Shown here in pieces: positions 19,301 to 25,464 of a stretch of 32,000 bases of DNA (position 1 is the first letter of the stretch; every line of letters begins with the position of its first letter). Source of the stretch: Nitrosopumilus maritimus SCM1 (GTDB taxonomy: Archaea; Thermoproteota; Nitrososphaeria; Nitrososphaerales; Nitrosopumilaceae); NCBI RefSeq assembly GCF_000018465.1, contig NC_010085.1:1080001-1112000 (forward strand), read 5' to 3'. The position numbers were made by a program, and so were the translations under genes. Below the pieces are notes generated by a model. The model saw only the letters and a list, made by a program, of their open reading frames with translations. It was not told the origin of the DNA and searched no databases.

Positions 19301-21503
19301 ATCTTTCACCAGATTGTGCACCATCATCAGTGAAACCAAATGAGAAGAAGTCCATGACGATTACTTCTTTGGCGGCGATGTCATCGACACCTGTGAAGTA
19401 CATTGCAAGTCCGACGTTTACGTTATCATCATCATTAGTTGATCCGTAAATAGCATCAGATACTGCATTGGTCAAATCAATGTAATCCTGTGACTCAGTT
19501 GAGTTGCTGACTAACAATATTGCATTGTTTTTGTCAATATTTCTTGTATCGTTGTTAACCCATGGGAGAATATTTCCTGTGGTGTTAAGCAATGCGATAC
19601 TTACTGTATCTGCCCCTAATGATTTCACATCATAGTTAAAGAAGTTAAAACCAATAGTGGTGTTATCTTCATCAACTAGAGTTTCTTTTAGGGTTTTCAT
19701 AGTTGCACTTCCTAAATCAATGATTGCAAAGTCAACATCAAAGTTTGCTGAACTGTTGGCAGTCTGTGCAGAGATTAATCTCTTACTGAATGTATCAACA
19801 GATTCAGTTGAAGTGATGTTGGTTGCACCGGTGAATGCAGTTACGTTGATGTTGAGTGTAAAGTTACCTACTTGACCTGCTGCAGTGTTGTTTATTGCAC
19901 CTGTATCAAAGATACTATCATCACCGTTTGTACCATTGGTAAAGATCAAGCTAGGAGTTCCACCCTCATCAATAGTGAATGGATCACCAGTAGCGAGTGC
20001 TGGAATCAGGGTTACGTCTGGGTTGTTTAGGTCTAAGTCTTCATCTACTCTGCTGTTTTTGTTTTGATCAGCATCAACAATGACTACTGGAATCTCTTCA
20101 CCAGAGGTCCATTCATCATCAACTGGCTGGATATCAATACTAGCAAAGGAGAATCCTACAAGGATAGTTTGAGGTGTTTCATTGTAATCGAGTGATGCAG
20201 AGGTTCCCCTCTTTGCATTATCTGTAATCTTTAGTACTGATGTATCAGATTCATCATAAGTACCAAAGACACCACTGTTTGGACCTTGTTCGGTGATGGT
20301 TACTGGGATGGAACCTACACCTAACTCACCTGTCTCTGCGGAAATACCAAATGCAGATGCATTGTTGGTGTTGGCAGTTGAGTTAAGTTGGGTAAGGATT
20401 GAATCGCCGTTATCCTGAATTGTCACAACTGGTGTGCCAGAGCTTTGTGCATCGACATCTAATTTCAATACACAATTGTCCTCACACATCAAGTTTGGTA
20501 ATGTTGTTCTCAGGGTTAATGCGCTTCCACCTGAAGCACCGTTTTCATCGAACACTTGGTAAAATGTATCAACATTGAAGGATGATGTTGTATTCTTCGT
20601 GTTGGTAGCAAATGTCCAAGAGTCTTCATCAGTTGGATCAATGTTTAACCATAAGTCAGTAATTGTTGCGTGAACTTGTGATACTCTTGGGTATACAGCT
20701 CTATCCAAACTTAATTCGGCAAATTGATCAACAGTGTCAAAAGTAAGTGTTGTTGATTGAACACCACCACCTTTGTTGTACTGTACGACAACGTTACCTG
20801 TTGGGTTTAATTCATAGAGCTGAATGAAAGGCCAGTTAGCACCATTGTTGGTACCGTTCTTTAGACCGATTTGGCCTGCACTGACACTACCAGATACTGC
20901 TACAGGATCTTTGGCTTCTCTTACAACATTGATGGTACCATTAGCAGTAGATGCATCAAGTGTATTTGCTGCACAAGTAGTAGTGATTGCACCACCACTG
21001 TTGCTACCGGTTTGTGTACCGTTACCAGTTGCTGTTGCATTTGCAACAGTAATTGGAACTGCGATACCATCTGTTTCAGTTGTTGAGAATCCCAAGAATG
21101 CTGTACCAGAGGATGCTGCACAGAATACACCAAAGTCCAATCCAGAACCTATTGTTGTAGCAGTAGAGTCTGCAATTTGGGCTTGGTCTCTGTCTGCAAA
21201 GTAACCATACCAGTTACCATCAACTGCTTGAACCATTCTCAGATTTTTGCCGTTGACAGTTACGTCTGGCTCACCTTTTGCCTCATCTGTATCATTGATG
21301 TCACTATCAATTACGACGACCTCAATTACTTGAGGTCCTGACATGTAGTTATCAAACTGTGAGTTTTCTGCGGAAACAAATAGGTTGGCGTTGGCGGCCA
21401 TTGCTTCAGGCATTACACCTGGAATTGCAAAGGTCAGTCCACCGGCAACCATAATTGTCATTAATGTAAGACTAGTTATTTTACGTCCTATTTCGTTGTA
21501 CAT
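16377..21503 (-). CDS. Giant secreted acidic multi-domain protein, probable S-layer protein
   Basis: 1708 aa with signal peptide (LTLMTIMVAGGLTFAIPGVMPEAMA). Very rich in D/E/T/G/S/V, few Cys, repetitive beta-rich segments. Size and composition match what is known of the ~1700-aa acidic Ig-domain S-layer protein of Nitrosopumilus. Confidence 0.75.
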   Translation of the reverse strand: MYNEIGRKITSLTLMTIMVAGGLTFAIPGVMPEAMAANANLFVSAENSQFDNYMSGPQVIEVVVIDSDINDTDEAKGEPDVTVNGKNLRMVQAVDGNWYGYFADRDQAQIADSTATTIGSGLDFGVFCAASSGTAFLGFSTTETDGIAVPITVANATATGNGTQTGSNSGGAITTTCAANTLDASTANGTINVVREAKDPVAVSGSVSAGQIGLKNGTNNGANWPFIQLYELNPTGNVVVQYNKGGGVQSTTLTFDTVDQFAELSLDRAVYPRVSQVHATITDLWLNIDPTDEDSWTFATNTKNTTSSFNVDTFYQVFDENGASGGSALTLRTTLPNLMCEDNCVLKLDVDAQSSGTPVVTIQDNGDSILTQLNSTANTNNASAFGISAETGELGVGSIPVTITEQGPNSGVFGTYDESDTSVLKITDNAKRGTSASLDYNETPQTILVGFSFASIDIQPVDDEWTSGEEIPVVIVDADQNKNSRVDEDLDLNNPDVTLIPALATGDPFTIDEGGTPSLIFTNGTNGDDSIFDTGAINNTAAGQVGNFTLNINVTAFTGATNITSTESVDTFSKRLISAQTANSSANFDVDFAIIDLGSATMKTLKETLVDEDNTTIGFNFFNYDVKSLGADTVSIALLNTTGNILPWVNNDTRNIDKNNAILLVSNSTESQDYIDLTNAVSDAIYGSTNDDDNVNVGLAMYFTGVDDIAAKEVIVMDFFSFGFTDDGAQSGERFANQIIRIEAEETGDNTSIFEGSLEYVMVNQINIQDAGTFAGITPIADDPTFIVIEDLTDEDAPRVNYNDLGADGVTTPVSDQEDAPSHSGVVSLDADSYKIADTVVITVEDLDLNVDSDLIDIFTVVSDTGADTFDVVGSATTQDLSFGELGRLLDVSFNDVVWKTAQGTCDDNQASSDTGLGATGFTLVETGKASGVFVGDFQIPVDWCRSDNATPETITGLDIEVNYVDFRDASGEIIQVSDSAGIRAHTGSVSLDRTVYPVPFGTVGESNAAANASPNGRSVFPIHATGVTSTIDSTEELANGDLTIHVRINDPDFDENPSGEDTMDQDDALKISVIRGSDSVVLGYAGASERTGKIDVGGNNGTISNIRSFGEMVEIAPDAGVFELELDIKFTDGPASAKCNSHDTIYTATDGTTGKADTNRFDDGAPSGQEYCILQGDILQVEYTDPADASGDANTVTDSATFDLRNGVLQSDKSVYIIGSDMILTLIEPDFDLDNDSAETYDLDLIEWDSDAATTTMGNKGVTGAAAAFDPEPTDFRETGDSTGIFQIVIEIPEELDGDRLERGEEIILEYTDWGPSGSDYVGDEDEDVNLTIYTSNFGATVELDQKVYTWTDKVYITIVAPDHNFDSFLVDEIGESDRDPIKVSTRGFDLDNYKLVETGTDTGIFTGEVILTGFTSHDADGDGTTGDAKGTTSGTGPTDGLLATDDDDGLTISFEFSEDETIVGSALIRWNIGEVQWLEASYPASGTGVVRVIDPDMNLDPEAVDNFNVDVWSDSDAGGIDLTLTETNEATGIFEGTVFFTVHNESSGHRLRVSEGDTVTAEYEDNTLPDPYTTADELDITATSLIGTVVPPLERAPAANLRAVDAFGNSLDSVSVDQQVQISADLANGQDREQSFAYLVQIQDANGVTVSLAWITGSLSSGQSFSPALSWIPTEAGTYTATAFVWESVDNPTALSPPVSTTVNVS

Positions 21504-21528
21504 GTTATTGAACTAAACCAAGATGGTT

Positions 21529-21561
21529 GTTATTTTGCAATAACTTTCAAGTTGCGGCATG
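21529..21561 (-). promoter_or_regulatory. Promoter module A: CATGCCGCA-N17-AAATAAC, 32 nt before the S-layer ATG
   Basis: The A/T box is part of the palindrome GTTATT-GCAA-AATAAC. Its position fits a TATA box for a near-leaderless mRNA. Confidence 0.55.
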
Positions 21562-21855
21562 TCCGATAAATTGTGCGTAATTTTGTTTTAATGAACAAAT
21601 TGTTCACATTGTTTATTAATGATTTTTACAATATCTTTGTTCAAGAAATTTATAAAAAATAGATTTTACAGGTTACTTCCATTTTTGGAATATTTCTTGT
21701 AACCATCAAGAAATCAAAACATCCAAATGATGCACTACATGAATTAAAAATTTCAGATACCGCAACCTAGATTTGTCCATTTGAAAGGACATTAAGCAAC
21801 ACAACTAGAGGATCAGTAATAGAACCCACACAGAAAATAAATTGGACAGTCAAAG

Positions 21856-22230
21856 ATGAGAACAACATTGGCTGTAATTTTAGTTGTAGATGATAACACA
21901 GATTTGTTAGGACTGAACACATTCATGCTAAAAAACTTAGATTATGATGTGATTACAGCCACAAATGGCGAGGAGGCAGTTGCAGCATACAAGACAGCAA
22001 GACCTGACATTGTGATCATGGACATCAAGATGCCTAAAATGGATGGTTTTGACGCCTTTTTTAAAATCAAAAAAATGAATCAATCTGCAAAGATCATTCT
22101 AATTTCTGCATATGCCATTGATGAGAAAAAACTCCTCAATGCGCAAAGCATGGGTTTGCTTAATGTCATAAACAAACCATATGAGTTTGATGACATTGAA
22201 AAACTAATCAAAGAACATGTAGGAGACTAG
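21856..22230 (+). CDS. Receiver-only (CheY-like) response regulator RR1
   Basis: Contains VVDD, the phospho-acceptor IVIMDIKMPKMDG, LISAY and INKPYE (conserved Lys). No output domain. Confidence 0.88.
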   Translation: MRTTLAVILVVDDNTDLLGLNTFMLKNLDYDVITATNGEEAVAAYKTARPDIVIMDIKMPKMDGFDAFFKIKKMNQSAKIILISAYAIDEKKLLNAQSMGLLNVINKPYEFDDIEKLIKEHVGD

Positions 22231-22259
22231 GAAATCATTGATTTGATAAAATCAAATCT
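21947..22259. repeat. Left arm of 313-bp mosaic inverted repeat (partner 24998..25310)
   Basis: 21947-22059 (113 nt) is identical to the reverse complement of 25198-25310. 22106-22259 (154 nt) has 1 mismatch against 24998-25151. The central 46 nt are diverged and there are no indels. Confidence 0.9.
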
Positions 22260-23118
22260 TTTTTAGTTTTCTTATGGTTGTAAATCTTGCCTTGTAGAAT
22301 TTTTCAGCTTCGTCTACAAATCCAAAATACCAATCCTTTAGTTCCAAATCTCTCTCAAATATTTTCTTCCATTTTGCAGTGTTAACAGATGACATTTTTT
22401 TTGAACGCAGTTGAGATGGCAGTAAAAATGTAGTGTAATACCAGCAGGATATCTGATCTGCAAGATCACTTTCGCTTATAGTCTCAAAATCATCTTGATA
22501 TTTTACGTTTAGATACGTAAGAATTTCATAAACGGGAAAATTAGAGGCTTTTGATATCTGTATGTTGTCAAGAAAAGTGCCACTTGCCAAAACCTTCAGT
22601 CTGTGTACATCGCTTCCCAGATGAGATTTAAGCGAATTCCACCTGCCAAACACAAATGGCAGAACTTTTGCATATTTTTGTGCCATTATGTCGATCTCTT
22701 TTTCCGTCATGTCCAACACATCCAAACAGTACAAGACGCCATGCAATGATAGTCGGTATAGGTTTGATGCACCCTTGGTATACCGTATTCCGTCGTTTAC
22801 AACCAATCCAATATCTAGCAACCCTGGCGTCTTCTTTCCTCTATCTCTTCTACCTACAAGCATCCTTCTGTATTCCTTTTCCTTTACCCTTACCGCTTCT
22901 GTATCCTCAAATAGCTGTATTTTTGCCATGGACCATGTAGTTAGTGGATCATTTAAAGCAAGAATCTTTAACATTTTTTGTATGTTTTCTTGATGCTTTG
23001 AACTCTTTGATTTTTTATAGGACTTGCTTCCAAACATGCGCAGTGCCGTAGGTCTTGTGTAAAGCTTATACGAATAAAGATTTCCGTAAAAAGCAACGTT
23101 TTCAGAATTATTAGACAT
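22252..23118 (-). CDS. Lineage-specific protein X1, putative winged-helix DNA-binding regulator
   Basis: 288 aa, ~50% identical to 24185..25030. The segment QENIQKMLKILALNDPLTTWSMAKI...EYRRMLVGRRDRGKKTPGLLDIGLV...YRLSLHG has the helix-turn-helix-wing pattern of MarR/PadR-like wHTH. The function is inferred only. Confidence 0.7.
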   Translation of the reverse strand: MSNNSENVAFYGNLYSYKLYTRPTALRMFGSKSYKKSKSSKHQENIQKMLKILALNDPLTTWSMAKIQLFEDTEAVRVKEKEYRRMLVGRRDRGKKTPGLLDIGLVVNDGIRYTKGASNLYRLSLHGVLYCLDVLDMTEKEIDIMAQKYAKVLPFVFGRWNSLKSHLGSDVHRLKVLASGTFLDNIQISKASNFPVYEILTYLNVKYQDDFETISESDLADQISCWYYTTFLLPSQLRSKKMSSVNTAKWKKIFERDLELKDWYFGFVDEAEKFYKARFTTIRKLKKI

Positions 23119-23148
23119 GCCGCACTATGGTAGGTTATCTCCTAATAA
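23116..23148. promoter_or_regulatory. Promoter module E: CATGCCGCA-N17-CTAATAA, overlapping the X1 start codon; likely bidirectional
   Basis: The CAT at 23116-23118 is the X1 start codon on the minus strand. Read on the minus strand the element is TTTTTTATTAG-N17-TGCGGC-ATG, the geometry of a leaderless promoter. Confidence 0.5.
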
Positions 23149-23168
23149 AAAACAAGCTAAGGGAAAAC

Positions 23169-23259
23169 AAAAAAAGACAATGTTAGCCAAGTTATGAATA
23201 TCTTGCATATGTAAACAGCAATATGTACAACCTAGTTTCTCTTGATAGAGAATTTTTTT
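23169..23259 (+). ncRNA. Candidate ~90-nt small RNA between X1 and the PEFG-CTERM gene
   Basis: The A/T box of module E lies 27-30 nt upstream. The 3' end is a hairpin, TTCTCT-tgat-AGAGAA (23237-23252), followed by T7 (23253-23259). Only a 5-codon ORF is inside. Confidence 0.22.
23237..23259 (+). terminator. Hairpin plus T7 terminator-like element
   Basis: 6-bp stem, 4-nt loop, then TTTTTTT. No plus-strand gene lies upstream except the putative module-E transcript. Confidence 0.4.
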
Positions 23260-23283
23260 ATTTCTAACTCTTTATGTGTATAG

Positions 23284-23316
23284 CATACCGCATACACGTA
23301 AACAATTCTCTAATAT
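23284..23316 (+). promoter_or_regulatory. Promoter module F: CATACCGCA-N17-CTAATAT, 27 nt before ATG 23337
   Basis: Same geometry as modules C and D. Preceded by TCTTTATGTGT (23269-23279). Confidence 0.55.
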
Positions 23317-23336
23317 TTTTTGCAATATGGCATGTC

Positions 23337-24188
23337 ATGAAAAACACATCAAAAAAATTACAAAATACCAGTGATCGTATTTTACGCTTTTTTGTTATTA
23401 CTTTTGCAATGTTAGCATGTAGCACACTTGTGGGTCTAAGCAGTGCATATGCAGCAGATGTGCAAGTAACTAAAATTCACCCAATGCCCGTAGAAGATGA
23501 CAAAGTATCAGTTGCATTTACGTTGTGTTCGAATGATGAGTATTTGGAAATGCCAAGAATTACGGTTTCCTCTGATCTTCAGACAAAGATCCTCTCACTA
23601 AAGCACGATTTGAAACCCGGTACATGTATAGGCGGAACTACAATAGCTGAGACATATGACGTATCCACCATAAACACATCCATTGTACCGCAAACGGACA
23701 GTAATTTATACAAACAAGAAACAATCGTAGACCAAAAAATAGTCTCCCAAGGAATGTCCAATGACGGTTATTTGGTAGTCAAACTTATTTCTGAACAACC
23801 ACGTGAGGGAATCTCAATGAAATTCAACCTGGAGTTCCAGGATGTTGCTGGAAACATTGTGGAAAAAATCAATTACGATATAACTGCATTGCAGGATAAC
23901 CACGTAGTATTGAATCTTCAAAACATGCATTCATCATATGGTACGTCTATACTTACTACTGATGAATTGACTTCAGACTCCCCAGTAGAAGTCAACATTA
24001 TGTTGCATGGAATCGGCGTACCGGGCCATGAAGATCAGTGGACAGGGCCAAAAGGAGAGATCATAATGTTTCATGTCGTACCCGAGTTCGGGGCAATCGT
24101 GATGTTGGTTCTCACAGTATCCGTATTGAGCATAATATTGATCTCATCAAAATTCAACACATTAAGGATATCGAACATTCAATCATGA
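23337..24188 (+). CDS. Secreted surface protein with PEFG-CTERM sorting signal (P3)
   Basis: Start moved to the ATG at 23337, because the track start at 23274 lies inside the promoter module. Signal peptide FFVITFAMLACSTLVGLSSAYA. C-terminus VVPEFGAIVMLVLTVSVLSIILISSKF. The stop overlaps the X2 ATG (ATGA). Confidence 0.75.
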   Translation: MKNTSKKLQNTSDRILRFFVITFAMLACSTLVGLSSAYAADVQVTKIHPMPVEDDKVSVAFTLCSNDEYLEMPRITVSSDLQTKILSLKHDLKPGTCIGGTTIAETYDVSTINTSIVPQTDSNLYKQETIVDQKIVSQGMSNDGYLVVKLISEQPREGISMKFNLEFQDVAGNIVEKINYDITALQDNHVVLNLQNMHSSYGTSILTTDELTSDSPVEVNIMLHGIGVPGHEDQWTGPKGEIIMFHVVPEFGAIVMLVLTVSVLSIILISSKFNTLRISNIQS

Positions 24189-25030
24189 ATCAAAACACCC
24201 AGTTTGGTAATCTTCAGTCGTATCTACGTTATACGCAACCTACTGCAAAATACCTCTTTGGCAGCATGTCATTTAGAAAGAAAAAAAGTTCCAAGCACCA
24301 AGAAAATGTCCAAAAAATGTTAGAAGCGCTTGCACTAAATGGTGCATTGACCACTTGGGAGATTGCAAAGTTGTCTCATTCTGATATATCATCTATTAGA
24401 ACCAAGGACAAAGAACTGCGCAGACTTGTTGTTGGGAGAAGGGACAGAGGAAGGAAAACACTTGGCATAATTGATGTTGGACTGGTAATAGCTAATACTG
24501 AAAATTTGGAACTAGACACTTCTAAGAAATACAGGCTGTCATTGCATGGCATATTGTATTGCCTTGACGTGCTTGATTTTAGCAAAAAAGAAATTGATCA
24601 AATGGCCTCAAACTACTCGGACATACTTCCGATGATTTTTGGAAAATGGGATTATCTTAAGTCAATTATTGGCGATGATGTTTATCGCATCAGATTATTG
24701 ACAGGGGGTCTGTTTTTGGATACCGTCCACATTACAAAAATCTCTCAAACTCCTATTTTTGAAATAATAACATACCTTAATGTGAAATATCAGGACTATT
24801 ACGAAAGTATTGATGAAAATGATTTGGCAGACCAGATATCCTATTTGTTCTATGCTGCGCTTTTGGTTCCATTTACTGTAAATGAAAACGATGAAGAAAA
24901 TAAGACTGAGAAATGGAAAAAACTTTTCGAAGAAGATGAAAATTTAAACATTTGGTTTTTTGATTTTATTAAAGAGACGTCCAAATTTTATTCAAACAGA
25001 TTTGATTTTATCAAATCAATGATTCCCTAG
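24185..25030 (+). CDS. Lineage-specific protein X2, putative winged-helix regulator (paralog of X1)
   Basis: Start set at the ATG at 24185 (MNQNTQFGNLQSY...), which aligns with the X1 N-terminus. The track start at 24038 would overlap P3 by 150 nt. 281 aa. Confidence 0.7.
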   Translation: MNQNTQFGNLQSYLRYTQPTAKYLFGSMSFRKKKSSKHQENVQKMLEALALNGALTTWEIAKLSHSDISSIRTKDKELRRLVVGRRDRGRKTLGIIDVGLVIANTENLELDTSKKYRLSLHGILYCLDVLDFSKKEIDQMASNYSDILPMIFGKWDYLKSIIGDDVYRIRLLTGGLFLDTVHITKISQTPIFEIITYLNVKYQDYYESIDENDLADQISYLFYAALLVPFTVNENDEENKTEKWKKLFEEDENLNIWFFDFIKETSKFYSNRFDFIKSMIP

Positions 25031-25310
25031 TCTCCTACATGTTCTTTGATTAGTTTTTCAATGTCATCAAACTCATATGGTTTGTTTATGACATTAAGCA
25101 AACCCATGCTTTGCGCATTGAGGAGTTTTTTCTCATCAATGGCATATGCAGTTATTAGGGTCACTTTACAATCAGAATCAAATTTTTTCATACGGGCAAA
25201 GGCGTCAAAACCATCCATTTTAGGCATCTTGATGTCCATGATCACAATGTCAGGTCTTGCTGTCTTGTATGCTGCAACTGCCTCCTCGCCATTTGTGGCT
25301 GTAATCACAT
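24998..25310. repeat. Right arm of 313-bp mosaic inverted repeat (partner 21947..22259)
   Basis: See the left arm. This arm covers the last 11 codons of X2, the shared CTAG stop overlap and the C-terminal two-thirds of RR2. Confidence 0.9.
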
Positions 25311-25464
25311 TATATCCCATATTGCTGATCGAAAACTTGTTCAACTCCAACAAATCAATGTCATCATCTACCAAAAGAACTGTTTTATCTTCGCCTTCCA
25401 AGACAAGTAAGTTATGACAGGGGCAAATATAACCACTATGAATTTTGAATGTGTTTTGGGACAA
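25027..25464 (-). CDS. Receiver-only (CheY-like) response regulator RR2
   Basis: LLVDDD, IVIMDIKMPKMDG, LITAY and INKPYE. The last 42 aa are identical to RR1. Its start overlaps the kinase gene's 3' end by 29 nt. Confidence 0.85.
   Translation of the reverse strand: MSQNTFKIHSGYICPCHNLLVLEGEDKTVLLVDDDIDLLELNKFSISNMGYNVITATNGEEAVAAYKTARPDIVIMDIKMPKMDGFDAFARMKKFDSDCKVTLITAYAIDEKKLLNAQSMGLLNVINKPYEFDDIEKLIKEHVGD

Noticed and set aside
17070-21204. About 15 ORFs of 60-126 aa on the plus strand and in other minus-strand frames inside the S-layer gene (for example 17070..17393, 18640..19005, 19102..19449, 20824..21204, 20921..21133).
   Set aside because: All lie entirely within the uninterrupted 5.1-kb ORF 16377..21503. 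They have low-complexity Ser/Val/Pro-rich translations typical of antisense frames of a GC-richer gene, and they lack their own promoter context.
22656-22993. Two plus-strand ORFs (94 and 101 aa) inside X1, and the plus-strand ORFs 25046..25417, 25445..25720, 25449..25709, 25977..26204, 26500..26895 and 26550..26762 inside RR2/HK.
   Set aside because: They are antisense to genes with clear receiver or kinase motifs, or with a paralog-supported frame.
23274-23336. Upstream extension of the PEFG-CTERM gene (track start MCIAYRIHVNN...).
   Set aside because: The extension would translate through promoter module F (CATACCGCA...CTAATAT). The ATG at 23337 gives a normal n-region and signal peptide at the same 27-nt distance from the A/T box as in P1 and P2.
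24038-24184. Upstream extension of X2 (track start MDRAKRRDHNV...).
   Set aside because: It would overlap the P3 gene by 150 nt in another frame. The ATG at 24185 aligns with the X1 N-terminus and forms an ATGA stop/start overlap.
21947-25310. Inverted repeats flanking a 2.7-kb segment, considered as terminal inverted repeats of a mobile element.
   Set aside because: The arms are the coding regions of two receiver-domain paralogs. No transposase or integrase lies between them, and I could not find target-site duplications.
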